From Azolla caroliniana (Eukaryota; Plantae; Polypodiophyta), in contig JBHGNT010000011.1 in NCBI GenBank assembly GCA_043228905.1, positions 9,734,001 to 9,798,000 on the forward strand: a stretch of 64,000 nt of DNA, read 5' to 3'. The translations under genes and the position numbers were made by a program. This document shows positions 24,100-36,958 of the stretch, one piece after another; the stretch's first letter is position 1; every line of letters starts with the position of its first letter. Under the pieces are notes generated by a model. The model saw only the letters and a program-made list of their open reading frames with translations. It made no database searches and had not been told where the DNA came from.

Positions 24100-24309
24100 T
24101 ACCACAAAGTTGCAATACTTTAAGTTTTCTATGTAAGTCCCTACAATCCTCATCATACCATCAATTTTGTGGCATAGACCCTATTCTACCTTCATTGGAG
24201 TGTTTCGTATATTACAAGAAACCATCTTGACGGATTGAGGTGAGGGTCTTCTCGATGGATGGAGGTGAGGTGCCCATGACTCGAGGTGTGAGTCATGGGC
24301 TTGTGGCAT
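24100..24309 (-). mobile_element. Upstream continuation of the interrupted LINE
   Basis: PQN*WYDEDCRDL is the typical LINE pre-RT WYD motif and is collinear with the fragment at 18492-18683. Confidence 0.7.
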
Positions 24310-24700
24310 TGTCGTGAAACAATTGCTTCCCGATATAAAACAAACTCAAATATTATATAAAGTGAAATATGTGAGCCTTGAACCCAAAATCTTGTATACC
24401 AAATACAAAGTACAAACCATTAGAATATTAAGCTATTTAAAAAATTTATATTCTTATCATAATACTTAGGCCTTAGCTCTATTGGCATACATAGGATCTC
24501 AGGTGAACTAGATGGCTATCATGCATCACATGTAACACATGTGTGCCAAATGACGATCATGTATTACATGCATGTCATGCCCCCTCACATACATCCTATG
24601 CATGTGAGCACCTATATAAAGAGAGGGGGGGGATGCGTAAGGGGACAATGAATTCAAATGAGCTAATGGGATCTATTAAATTGAACAGAGGCTAGTTGGG
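24310..24700 (+). mobile_element. Truncated Ty3-type LTR related to the solo LTR at 41014-42477
   Basis: Starts TGTCGTGAA, the inverse of the TTCACGACA end at 42477. Shares atcatgcaYcacatgtaaYacatg...gccaaatg...ctata(t)aaagag with 42085-42180. Confidence 0.6.
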
Positions 24701-24704
24701 TAGT

Positions 24705-25387
24705 ATGTTATAGGCATCACTATAAATTATTTCGTGGTAAGTTATACCGTAGTTTTCTACACACGAGGATAAAGTGTGAGGGTTAATCGAGAGTGTAAAG
24801 AAGGGAGGATTACTTTTAATCATAGGAATTGAGACAACCCATAAGGGCCAAGTGTGATTACTCTTAATCATATTTTCGGCCACATACTAATATTCGGTAA
24901 TTATCCTATATTCGGCTTTACACTCCCGCCGATTGTCCGATTCGGCTTCAACTTCCTTTCACACTTCAGCTGGCTCCTAGCATTTGGCTTCGCACTTTAA
25001 CTCTTCGGCCATTCCAACTACTTTTTTTCTCTTCAGTCATTTCGACTCCCCCTTGTCAGCTCTCTAACTCCTATGGCAACATTGACCTTGCCTGGGGGCC
25101 TTATATCTGGATATAAATATGAGGCCTAGCGACCCTCGTTAGGGACATCATTGGAGTACGTTGAAACTTTGATCTTGTGGTGATCAAACCCTTGTTGCAA
25201 GCATGCTAGTACCAGGTACGACTTGATGCCAAGGCGGTTGTATGGGACGTCGATCGAGGCTTGAGTTTATCTCAATTCTTTGCTCAGGGGTGGTCAGGTG
25301 GATCGGCACCCTTCTTTCTCTCTATTCCTCTATCTACTTATTTCTTATTTCCTTATGCCATGCTTTTATTAGGATTAAGCTCTAATA
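24705..25387 (+). mobile_element. Old LTR-like element, copy 1 (homologous to 30060-30501)
   Basis: Shared blocks taccgtag..ttctacacacgaggataaagt, gaattgagacaacccataa, tataaatatgaggcctagc and ggtggatc.gcacccttcttt. Ends ctctaata, followed by degenerate PBS-like cggtat. Confidence 0.6.
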
Positions 25388-25439
25388 CGGTATGTTCAAT
25401 GGGTCCAAATACTTCACCTAGTCATCTTCACACAATCAA

Positions 25440-26365
25440 GTAGCGTTGGTCACGTGAGTCCAAGATCCACCTTAATCATAAAACAAATTCGGTGGTGTTA
25501 CACCCTCCTCCCCCTTTTTCCTATAAAAGGAGGAGGACAAGGCTCATTTTAGCTCTCGACTTTTTGGGAGGAGGAGATTTTGGCCATTTTGTTTGAGAGT
25601 TCTTTTTCTTCTTTGTCTCTTCCGTTCGTGAGTTCGGTATCGTCACTGGTCAATACGTGTGCTTGTGTTCGGTTGTTGTCTTTGGTGCACTTGGGCTCAT
25701 CATTTGATGTTCGAATTTAGTCCTTGTCTCAAAGGGCATACACTATTTGTGCTTGTCTCCTTACTCTTGTTAAGCTCATGGCTTTGTAGAAGTTGCCAAT
25801 TTGTAAACCTCCCAACTTCTTTCTTGTAATCAAACCTACTTTATAAAGGGCACTCTTGCATTGTAATAGAGTATTGTTTTCTTTTAGCCAATCTTATTCG
25901 TGTTTTGTGTTTAAAGCTTCTTGTCGTGCGTTCGCTCGACTTGTGACTTGGGGTTGATTCAAGCTTGTCCATGCACCTTTCCTTTTCACAAAGGCATTCA
26001 AACATTCTTGCTTTGTGTTTTAAATAGTCTTCTTGTCATGCGTTCGCTCATCTTGTGACTTGGGGTTGATTCGGGCTTGCCCATGCACCTCTCCTTTTCA
26101 CAAAGGTGTTTGAACATTCATGTTTTGTGTGTTAGGCTTCCTCCTAGACAACGTTCACCCATCATTCTTGTCTTAACATGTCACCGCATCTCATGCACTC
26201 GTGTCGTGAGCACAAAGGTTGACGAGCCTTAAGGAGCTCCAAAGTTCGGCGAGCCCCAAAGGTCAACAAGAAAGTTTCCGCCTCTCTCTCCCCTCCTCTT
26301 GACTCCATAGTCCAAGACCCCCATGGTCCCGCTCGTGTAGCATATGCATGCACGTCATCGCAACA
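25440..26365 (+). mobile_element. LTR remnant related to the Ty3-D LTR, containing a ~112-bp tandem duplication (25917/26029)
   Basis: 3' end actccatagtccaagacccccatggtcccgc...cgcaaca resembles actccctagtccaagacctccgtggtcccgc...cgcgaca at 62732-62794. TATA-like ctataaaa at 25521. The 5' boundary is uncertain. Confidence 0.55.
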
Positions 26366-26634
26366 CCGACAAGTTAAAAATTTTAACAGTTTTTTAATGA
26401 ACGAGGGAAGGGCAACATTTACCCAAAAATCTTACACTACTTGAGTTCAAATCACGATGCTCGTTATAACATATAATGTTGATAAGCCAAGTATGTTAGT
26501 AGTTCAATGTAGCAAGAGACTTGTTAAAACATCTAACTTTTCTTGTTATAAATGGAAAGACAAGATGGACCGGCAAATGAATGAATCAATATCCAAACAC
26601 ATATCTATGCAGCTTTGACTGTCATTGAAAACTA

Positions 26635-29136
26635 TCACATAGATCTATAAGAAACTAAGTTTGATTCAAGGTTTCCAATAACAAAGCTTAAAAGGGACAA
26701 ATCTCCGTGGAATATGCAAACTCTTAGAAGGGTTCTCCATGCCATAATAGCCATGGGTTCGTTAAAGATCCCTTGGACAAGCTCCTCTATTCTCTCAAGT
26801 TGTCCTGCCCGACCAAGCATCCCCACTATGCATACCAGATGCTCTGCAATTGGATACTGACTATCAACACTCATGATGTTTAAATAGTATGCCTTACCCT
26901 CCTCCATTAGCCCCACATGACCACATGCAGCAAGAACACCAAGGAAAGTAATATGACTTGGAACTATAGATTTATGTCCCATATCCCACCATAGCTTCAT
27001 GGCCTCTTTGGCCTTCCCATGCTGAGCGTAATTAGTAATCATTGTATTCCAAGTAACCAAACTTGGATTCGGCATCATATGATCAAACACATCCCTGGCA
27101 CGTTGTATATCTCCACTCTTACCATACATGTTTATCATGCTATTATACAAATCTGGATCTTGTCGAAACTTGCTTTCCCTCATGAGAGCATGGAATCTGC
27201 ATGCTTGTTGTAGGATCGCTAGGTTGGCACATGCCTTGAATAAGCTTGAAAAAGTAATCTCATCTGGGATAATGCATTCTTCTATCATACGCCGAAACAA
27301 CTTTAAAGCATCCTTGGCATAATCGAATCGGACATATGATGAAATCATTCCATTCCATGTGGCTACATTCCGATGTAACGATCCACCAAATAGGGACTCT
27401 GCTACGTCCAACCTTCCACATTTCGCATACATATCAATAAGAGAATTCTGTACATAAACACTGGACTCCAGTTCATTGTCCATGGCATACAAGTGGAATT
27501 GTTTGCCCAATTCTACATCCTGAAGCATAGAACATGCATTCAAAAAACTAACTACAGTTATAGCATTAGGCTGTATACCCTCCACCTTCATTTGTTGCAA
27601 ACCCGTCAAAGCTTGGGAAACAAGATTATGTTGAAGGAAACCTGCAATCATGGCATTCCATGGTGCTAACTTTTGCTTTGGAGATTTGTAGAATGCTTGC
27701 TCTGCCATTGTAATACAATCACACTTGACATACATATTGATCAAACTACTTGCAATGAATGTATTAGATTCATGTTCTGTACCGACAATGACAGAATGGA
27801 TTTGTTTCCCTTCCATAAGATGCTGTAATACACTACATGCCTTGAAAATGCTTGAAAAGGTAAAAGAAGTTGGCAAAATCCCTTCACACACCATTCTACC
27901 AAAACAAATGAGTGCCTGGTTTTCAAGGTTGCATTGAGCATAAGCTGCAATGATAGAAGACCAGGATACTACATCTTGTTCTTCCAATTGATCGAACACT
28001 TTTTGGACATTCTCCACACTCATGCACTTCGCATACATGTCCAACAGTGCACTCCCAACAACCTTATCTGATTCATACCCATATCTCCTTATCAAATCAT
28101 GTATCCTTTTTCCTTCTTCTAGATCATCAATCATAGCCAGACCCTTCAGCATGCTCACAAAGGTGATCTTATCTGGTTTTAACTTCATTGATCTCATTTG
28201 TTCGAAAAGATTGAGAGCCTCCATAACCTCTCCACTCTGAATATACGCTGAAAGCATGGTGCTGAATGTAATAACAGTATGCTCAGCCATCTTGTTAAAG
28301 ACTTCACGTGCATCAAGTAAGCTTCCACATTTAGCATACATATCTATTATATTAGTCTCTACAAAAATGTCTTCGTGATGACCACTTTCCTTGACCAGAA
28401 AATGGATACACCTGCCTTGTTCTAGATCTACCATCAAAGCACATCCTTTCAGAATGCTTATAAACGTGACTTCATTCGGTTGCAAACCTTCCAATAACAT
28501 GTCTGAAAATAGTGTTGAAGCAATGCGACCGTGCTTACATTGAACAAACGCACATATCATAGTGCTCCAGGACACTATATTTCTATCCTGCATTTGGTTG
28601 AAGACTTTATATGCATCATGTATGCTTCCACATTTGACATACATATCAATGAGGGCACTACCCACAAAAACATGCATTTCAGATCCGATATCAACTATAT
28701 ATTTATGAATTAGTTTGCCTATGTGAAATGATCCTAGAATCGAACATCCTTTGAGGAGACAAGAGAAGGTTACATTGTTTGGTTCCACACATGCAAGCCC
28801 CATTTTCCAGAAAAGTGTTAGAGCTTGTGAAGGAAATCCATTGGTAACACACCCAGATATCATATTGGTCCATGAAAACACATCTTTCTCACACATCTTG
28901 TCAAATATGCACCATGCATCATCTATGTTTCCACACTTAGCATACATATTTAATAGAATGTTGTCGAGTATTTGATGTTTCATATTATCAATTATCAGGT
29001 TAGCATGACCATATCTTCCCTGCACCAAATCTTGTTTCTTTGTGCATATTTGCAAGAGAGATACATAATCATCAAAGCCTTTGAGGATCCCTCCTATTTC
29101 AGGCCAATACAATGCATGGGTTATCTGTCTTTCCAT
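26635..29136 (-). CDS. Intronless PLS-class PPR protein (833 aa) ending in a partial E domain, no DYW
   Basis: P-L-S triplets throughout. The C-terminus has the L2/S2/E signature (TFLGVLAACGHVGL, HLVCIVGMLGRAGQL, AWRTLLRVCIFHGD) and then stops. Confidence 0.93.
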   Translation of the reverse strand: MERQITHALYWPEIGGILKGFDDYVSLLQICTKKQDLVQGRYGHANLIIDNMKHQILDNILLNMYAKCGNIDDAWCIFDKMCEKDVFSWTNMISGCVTNGFPSQALTLFWKMGLACVEPNNVTFSCLLKGCSILGSFHIGKLIHKYIVDIGSEMHVFVGSALIDMYVKCGSIHDAYKVFNQMQDRNIVSWSTMICAFVQCKHGRIASTLFSDMLLEGLQPNEVTFISILKGCALMVDLEQGRCIHFLVKESGHHEDIFVETNIIDMYAKCGSLLDAREVFNKMAEHTVITFSTMLSAYIQSGEVMEALNLFEQMRSMKLKPDKITFVSMLKGLAMIDDLEEGKRIHDLIRRYGYESDKVVGSALLDMYAKCMSVENVQKVFDQLEEQDVVSWSSIIAAYAQCNLENQALICFGRMVCEGILPTSFTFSSIFKACSVLQHLMEGKQIHSVIVGTEHESNTFIASSLINMYVKCDCITMAEQAFYKSPKQKLAPWNAMIAGFLQHNLVSQALTGLQQMKVEGIQPNAITVVSFLNACSMLQDVELGKQFHLYAMDNELESSVYVQNSLIDMYAKCGRLDVAESLFGGSLHRNVATWNGMISSYVRFDYAKDALKLFRRMIEECIIPDEITFSSLFKACANLAILQQACRFHALMRESKFRQDPDLYNSMINMYGKSGDIQRARDVFDHMMPNPSLVTWNTMITNYAQHGKAKEAMKLWWDMGHKSIVPSHITFLGVLAACGHVGLMEEGKAYYLNIMSVDSQYPIAEHLVCIVGMLGRAGQLERIEELVQGIFNEPMAIMAWRTLLRVCIFHGDLSLLSFVIGNLESNLVSYRSM

Positions 29137-30059
29137 TACACAGCTTTCAGTTTTTACTTTTCTATAATCATTCGAATGGCTAAAAAATTACGCCACCTCA
29201 TTGTAAGAATGCCCCACATCCTTGAGCCATCAAATTTTGCTTGTTTTGACATGCACATAATTACCAATTAATTCCTTTCAAATAATCCATTTAGTCCACA
29301 GCAATGCAATGAATGATGTAGCTGTACTTCCATTAAAGGCGTTCAAGGTCATTTATCCATCATTCTCTCGAATGCCCAGGTCTATATACAGTATACATCC
29401 AACGAAAATGATCAAATCCATCATTCCCTTGAATGGCCATGTGTATACATACCCCCATCATTTTGAATACACATACAATCAAGGTCCTATTTTGGATGGT
29501 GCATAGGCCTATCCATTCTCAGCTTCAAGAGCTTTCTAGAACGCATCTATGGACAGGGGCACTGGTTATTGCCATCATCATCTACAGCAAACCATATACA
29601 TAGATGGTGCATTACGCAATAATGGTTTCTGATTAAGCGTCGAGTATGGAACCAAAGATCCAACGATTGAAACCCTGTAATTTTCTTCACGGGTCAGTTG
29701 GTCTACGGGGCCTTTTACTGCCGCAAATCTTGTGTCTCCTTTTCCACAATCACGGCCAAGGTCCAAGTGCTCTGTGATGGCACCAAGGATCTGAATCTTA
29801 AATGGAAGTCCGAGGATCACATTCACCATGATTCTTCCAAGTCTTAGACAGTGGAGGTAAACCCCAAAACCTGAATGGGAAACAAAATCTCAGCCAAAAA
29901 GGGGAAGATCAACAAAATCAATCCTTCCTTCCTTTCTAAACTAAGGATGTTAGTTAACTTTGGAGCTTCTCGGGTCTAAAGTCTTGGTCAATGGTTATAA
30001 ACTTATATGCAATGCACAAAGTCCTGCGCTACGAAAGACAATGAAGGGCATCTGTTTTT

Positions 30060-30501
30060 AACTTAGCGGAATGACCATAATTTATCCCATGGTAAAGTTG
30101 TACCGTAGTATTATTCTACACACGAGGATAAAGTTTCGAGGGTTAATCGAGCGTGTAAAGGAGAGAGGAGGATTACTTTTAATTCGAGGAATTGAGACAA
30201 CCCATAAAGGGCCAAGTGTGAACTCGCTTGGGAAGGGGAGCTTTAGGTCTCGCTATAAATATGAGGCCTAGCTACCCTCATTGGAAACATCATTCGACTA
30301 CGTCAACATTGTGATTGAACGGACTCTTGTAGTGAGCGCCAATACCAAGTACAACTTGCTACCATGGCGAGGTTCGAGTCTATCTCGATCCCTTTGCTTG
30401 GGGTTGGTAGGGTGGATCAGCACCCTTCTTTCTCTCTCTTTTCTTATCTATCGATCTTATGTTTCCTTGTCTTATGCTTACATTAGGAATGATCTCTAAC
30501 A
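30060..30501 (+). mobile_element. Old LTR-like element, copy 2 (homologous to 24705-25387)
   Basis: Collinear with copy 1 but lacks ~220 bp. Ends gatctctaaca. Confidence 0.6.
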
Positions 30502-31294
30502 ACACATGTTATATAATAGATCAAATATATTTCAACGATTATTATGGTTTGTTTTGGAACTTAATATGATCCTATTAACACTAAGTTACGAGAATATGAA
30601 CACCCTCGGCAATTATTTTGGTGTACATCAATCATTGAAGCCACTTTATCCTCCTTAAGGTAATGCCATTCATAGTTATTCCTAACCGTAACATCAAATG
30701 TCTTGTATGAATACTCATGACGACGTTATAAAAACTACAATAGGGGGTATCAACACAACTTTTCCAAGACTCTTTACATCGGCCAAGCATGGCAGATGTT
30801 CTTAAAATGGGATTGAAAGAGTGCATCACATTGGGCTATACATTGACTTCTACTTCTAAATTTTTGGATGCAAAAAAGGTATGTTTAAGGTCAAAATATA
30901 TACGACATTTTGCTTATGTGTAAAAGATAAGATTTCCCTTCATTTTGAAGATTATATGTATGTCAAAATATAATACTAATTTGTAGGCTAAGCCTTGGTG
31001 GTTAAGGCTAATCTATTATTTTTAATGATTTTCATATTGATAAATTGTATAAAAAGATAAATTCTCTCCATAAAAAGTTGTGCATGAGAGTGAGAGATTA
31101 TTTTTCATTCCAATTTCTAATAGTTGTAACTTGTAACTTGTTTAGATCACTCGAAGAAGAAGACAAAGAACGTAACCGTCTTCAAAATGTGTCATCCCAC
31201 ACGTGTATATTTTTGTATATAGCGTTATCTTTGGTATCTTTTCCAAATGGTGGGTGCTTCTCATTTATAAAAACATGAAAATGAAGGGTGCATT

Positions 31295-31769
31295 TAACAA
31301 TCGGTAACGGTTCGGTTTGAACCGAACCGCGAAACCACATCTTAACGGTTTAAATGGTTTGGTTCAATTCAAGTTTAGGTTTTTTTAAACGGTTCGGTTC
31401 GGTTTTGGTTCGGTTTCAACAGTTAGAAACCGCGGTTTAAACGGTTATTTATTTTTTATTATTTTTTTAAAATAAAAAAATTGTTTTAAAACAATCTTTT
31501 CATTTTTAGACCTTATTCTCACATTTTAGGAACATCTTTAAAATTTTAAAAATTTTAAAAAATAAAATATTGTAAATTTTAAAATTTTAAAATTTGACCT
31601 AAGTTGAAAACCGAAACCAAACCATGAAACCGCAATTTTAATGGTTGAACGGTTAGAAATTTTATTACGGGTTCGGTTTAACAGTTTCGTGGTTCGGTTC
31701 GGTTCAGGTTTCAAAAAATTTAAACGGTTCGGTTTTGACCCTCTCAAACCAAACCGTTGCTGATTGTTA
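31295..31769. mobile_element. Non-autonomous hAT element (MITE), copy 1
   Basis: TIRs TAACAATCGGTAACGGTT / AACCGTTGCTGATTGTTA. Perfect 8-bp TSD GGTGCATT (31287-31294, 31770-31777). Many AACCG/CGGTT subterminal motifs. Confidence 0.92.
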
Positions 31770-31855
31770 GGTGCATTTTATTACTTGCATAAAATAAATG
31801 CCATTTGATGTTGAAACCATCATGATCCAACATGCATGAAGGACAAGTGTGGCCG

Positions 31856-32326
31856 TAGCAATAAGCAATGGTTCAGTTCAAGAGTGTCTAACTCAAACCG
31901 TTAAAAAAAATTGAAACTTAAACCATACCAAACCACGAAACCATTTAGACCAAAACATTTACAAAAAATCCAAGCTCAAACCAAAGGGTTTTAGAGATTT
32001 TCAAATTGTTAAAACCACGGTTTTGATTTTCATGTTAGGTCAAATTTCAAAATTTCAATTTTCAAATTTTCAATATTACAAATTTTAATTTTTCAACATT
32101 TTAAAGGTATTTTCTAAATTTTAAAGATATTTTAGAAATTAATTAAATAGTTTAAACTAGAAACCATTAAGCTAATAAAAGCTCAAATTGAACCGTTCAC
32201 TCCTAAATTGAACCAAATCATTTAGAAATACTTGTACCTGAACCGAACTATTTGAACCGAATTGTTTAAACCATTAAGCCACGGTTTTGCGGCTCATTTC
32301 AGTTTAACCAAACCATTGCCGATTGA
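31856..32326. mobile_element. hAT MITE copy 2, opposite orientation, older
   Basis: Degenerate TIRs TAGCAATAAGCAATGGTT / AACCATTGCCGATTGA. Probable TSD TGTGGCCG / TGTGGTTA (transitions only). Confidence 0.75.
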
Positions 32327-32519
32327 TGTGGTTATTAAAATTCAACCTTGAGTTGCATTGTGATGAGTGAAGCATGACTTCTTATTTTCAAAATATGGAG
32401 GATTAGTAAATTTAATGATGAATTTCCTTACAATGATTTGCTTTGCAAGAATGCTAAGATGAACATAAAGAAGCTTTACAACAACCTTTTGAAACAGTTT
32501 CTTGAAACAATGGGCAGCT

Positions 32520-32720
32520 CTTCATAAAGTGATGATTACAATTTACAATACCAAGAGAAAACCAGAAATTTCTCGCTAAATATGTTCAAGTAAAGTGAAT
32601 CGAATACAAAATCTTGCACCCTTCATAAAGTGATGATTACAATTTACAATACCAAGGGAAAACCAGAAATTTCTTGCTAAATATGTTCAAGTATAGTGAA
32701 TCAAAGACAAAACCTTGCGC
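32520..32720. repeat. ~101-bp tandem duplication
   Basis: cttcataaagtgatgattacaatttacaataccaag... at 32520 and 32621. Confidence 0.88.
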
Positions 32721-33692
32721 GCATGATCATAAACCATATTAAATGTATATACTTACGTCATTAGTTTTACGCAGATATGGCCACTCTAGTTCTTTGGTCA
32801 TTATGTTTGTTGCTAGCTAGTTAAAATTTCCAAGTGATCACATCTTTTGCTACATAAAGTAGTTCTTTTTCTTCTTAACAAGGTGAGACTAATATCGCTA
32901 CCTTTTGGAAAATATTGTCTTCAAATCCTTTTCTAATGCATCTCCATTAACCTTACAAAAATAATCTTGGCCTTATCATGTGTATTGTCTATTTGTCCCA
33001 TTTACAAGGAGACAACTGTACTGGTCTATGAATGGCTTGTCAACTTATGTCGAGCCAACTAAATGCATATATTTGAAAATAGCATGCCACTAACTAATTA
33101 AACGCCTTTATGCCATGTGATAAGATAGACATTTGTATTGCACCTAGAGACTATTTGGATCTGACAAAGAAGATAATTGTATCAATCAAGAGTAAAAGAT
33201 CATTTCAATATACAATAAAGTTAGCCATCCAGAAACTTCCTAAGAATTTTACGAAAACCGTAATGGCAATTCTATGCAGAAAGTTATAGACAAAATGACC
33301 TTGAATTTCCAGCATTTCACTTAATCATAGTTGTAAGCATGAACAAGCACATATATTCAGGCACCTATATTACATGTGAAGATGACCTTTGTTCTACTCA
33401 ACAGTTCTTATCAAGTCCCAAAAGAACTTAGACACTATCATAAAATGTGAATTAGATGTTAGCAATACTCATTCATTGGATTAAGGCAAATACTTGAATT
33501 TTCCCATCTTCCAATGATACAATTGGCTACACTGCAGTCACTATTGATTTTTTTCTCTTAACCTGGATTCTAAAGCATTGAGGAAGATGAGAAAACTGCC
33601 TCTCGTCAAGGATATATCTATGCATATGTAATATCCTTGAATATATCATCCTCTATGCTAAATAAGTAAGATAGACTGAACAAATGGCATTA

Positions 33693-36600
33693 TCAAAGAC
33701 TTTCCAGAGTTACTACAGGCATATCATTAGCATAGAAATCCAGATTTCCTGGAGGAAGGTCCACTTTCCACCAGCTTTTCAAAACTCCATATGCATCAAT
33801 TCTTGCTTTTGTAAAAGCGCCCAATCCGAAAACATCACTGCCCTTGTCGTGTAATGGTAGCTCTTGTGAACTCTCTTCGTTACTCACTGACCCTAATGTA
33901 AGCTTACTGTCACCAGTCGTCACTTCTCCTCTTGTGAGAGCTGGACGCAACTCTTTCTTAATAAAGTTTTCTTCAAACATTTTCAAGCATGAGTTGTAAT
34001 CCTCTGGGTTTTCAGCTTGTTTGACTTTCTCAGTTATAGAATTGAACACATCCATCTTTCTCAGCCTTTCCTTCCCATCTATACTTTGAACTTTGATCCT
34101 CTTCTTGTCTCTTCGCACATCTATAAGACCTACTTCATTTTCTGACATGCCCTCTATCTGGTCACCGTTATATAATTTCTGTAAGCTTCGATCAATTGCA
34201 CGCCTTAACTTCTGTTTGTGAGTTTCTCTTCTCTTCAAACTGGTTTTCATCCTGCAACGAAACCCAGCTAAGAGTGATGCCACATTCACTGCTCCTCCAG
34301 CATCTGATTGATCATTCTCTGATGCATTTGCAATAAGTAAATGACCATCTGATGATAGTCCTTCCAAAATTTGGGAATCTCCAGCGAAAATTGCCTCCAA
34401 AAGAGATATGTTCTGCATATATCGATCAAATGCCTGATCCTCATCCTCAATGATACTTTCTGTAAAATTCTTGAGCTTCTGGAACCTCAAATGGTTTATG
34501 AATGCTGCTTCCTGAAACAAAAAGAGCAGAAACATTTGGCATAAGTTGACTAAGAATTCCACTAGAAGAAAATGTTTACTGCATTAAATTATCAGGATTT
34601 CCTCTTATAGAGCAGAGTTATTTGAAGATTAAAACCCTTCATTGACATCAACCCTAAACCCTCAAATAGATCATTTACAGGATCAAATTATCTTATTTTC
34701 CTCAAAAAGGGAACAGAGTTATTGCACTAAATAATGAGGAGTCAGACCTTCCTTGTGATCAATCCCATGGGCTTGACAGTTCTCAATCTCAAATTATCAT
34801 TGACGTGGGCATGTCTGACAATGGAAGATACAGCTGGTGGATGTGGAGGCGGTGTTGAAGCAACGCTTGGTGGGGTCTCACCACCAGGTTTTATTACTGC
34901 AATGTTGCACACAATTGTTTTCAAGAGAATAAAATGGAATAAATATCAAGAGTTGTTTTTATGTCCAGTACTCTGAGATTGTCTTGTCTAAGCTCTACTA
35001 TTACTGTCTATGGCTTACCATGGATGTGGCACAGGTTTTTGGATTTCACACAACATCCTTTGCAACAATTGAAAGGACACCTGGATCCAACAATACCAAA
35101 TTTACCAACTGTTACTCACTGATGTAAAAATGGTAGTTATTCACGAGGTTAGAAATGAACCGACATAGTTAATTTTTCAATTAAAACATTATGTCACTGT
35201 TTCCATAATTACATCACATTTGCACTACCTCATAGTATTATTTTTATAGCCTGGTGTGTGCCTTATGTTGTATTTTTTAGTAGAGGAGGTTTTTATTTCC
35301 ATTTACACAAAAAACATGGGTAAGAGTAGAACTACAAACTCTTAAATATTTTCCTAGCTTAATTAGCAACCACCGACAAAACATAATAAATTCAGACACA
35401 GCAAACATCTATAAACCATGCTCCTTGAAATTTCAAATGTCAAATACCTATTCAAACCAACAGTTATAAAATATTTAGATACCACCATCTACTTCTTTAT
35501 TGTATGGGCACATCATGCATTATTATCACTATGATTTATCTACGTCAATGTGTCTTTATGTCCTTTTATTTTTCTTCTCTTCTCTATTCTCCTCTCTTTT
35601 TATAGATAAGTGTGCATTATTCAGACTTACATTTCAACTCAATGCCTCTGAAACCATTCAGCTTGAAATGAGACATTTTTGCAGTGACATTATTACAATA
35701 ATATAGCATTTTATTACAATAATATATATAGCTTGAAGTGGGAGACTAGCGTCAACCCGATTTATTTGTACTTGGATTGGTTTTTCGACGCATCGACAAG
35801 CAAAACCACCGACGGTCCTTGAGGTGAGTGTTACTGGAAATGCATTTCCCCAAAAGGCAAATAATAAACATGTGTTTTCTTTAATAAGTGGGCTGAAACA
35901 AGCATTTCTCCTCCATGAGTAATGCAACTATGATCCACTCTTCCAGCCCAACGTCGATTCAGTCCACCAATCCTTCATGGCCCCTTCCAATAATCCTACA
36001 TTGACTGATTTTGTTCCTTATGGAGAAATATGTAAGTTATAATCATTTTATCCCTAGAAAAGAACCAGCAGTACTCCCTAATTTTTTCATCGGCACAGCA
36101 ACTAAGTGTTCAAGCCCCCTACTGGGTGCACCCTGGGTATGGGCTTCTAGATACACAAAATTTGCCCAAAGTTTCAAAGAGGACGTTTTCCCAATACAAT
36201 ACTCTCCATCTGAAGAATATATAGCAGCAACTGGACATTTCCTTGTGACCATTTCTTGTGTGTTTTTCATGTCACATGTGGTGAATACAGATTTAGGTGT
36301 AGGTTGTTGGTTTCATTGCGAAATTTCTGGAAGGGAACAACATAAACTTTTTTCTTTTGACAAACCTCGTTTCTTTATTTCCTGTGGTTTTGGCAAGTAA
36401 ATACAGAAACACCCCACTTGATGCTGAGCAAGATAAATTTGTTGTTCAAAGTTATCCTATTTTAAAATCATAACCAAAACCTAGTTCTAGATTTTAGCCG
36501 ATTTTCTACCAAAAAGGAAATTAATGCTGGAAAAATAATAAAAAAACAAAAATAAAAATCATGTGTACCATTTCAAATATGATAGAAGAGGGAAGAAGAA

Positions 36601-36958
36601 ACAAATCAAAACAACGAATTCCACATTATAGACGAAGAAAGGAAAATAAAGAGAAAATTTTCAAGTTCAAGAAGAGAAAACACAAGTTAAACAAGGGGGG
36701 GGGGGTGCAGCGGGAACAAAAGAATGTAGCGAACCTGGATTTGGCGATGTTGCCACAGACAGAGCATAGATGCTTCTTCCGACCTCGCATGGAGATGCTT
36801 CGAGGAGTATCCATGGATGAAGGGGGCAAGGTTGCCAAGGATCCTCCGCCTATTCCTATACCTATACCTATTCCTGTTACTGGCGTAACAGTGGTGGTCA
36901 CTGTGGGTGTGGTTGCAGGTAATGGTGTTATCGCAGCAGAAGAAGGGGATGTCTCCAT
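33693..36958 (-). CDS. Uncharacterised plant protein with an N-terminal SHI/SRS-like Cys/His zinc finger (recalled as similar to Arabidopsis At1g32730), 4 exons, ~417 aa
   Basis: GT-AG exons 36958-36735, 35080-35019, 34896-34748 and 34511-33693 keep frame (1254 nt). The spliced product reads CSVCGNIAKSRCPFNCCKGCCVKSKNLCHIHV, then RFQKLKNF...EDQAFDRYMQNISLLEAIF. Family assignment is from memory of these motifs. Confidence 0.85.

Noticed and set aside
26400-26634. Frameshifted DYW domain downstream of the second PPR
   Set aside because: I found no PG box, HSE or CxxC remnants by eye before the LTR remnant.
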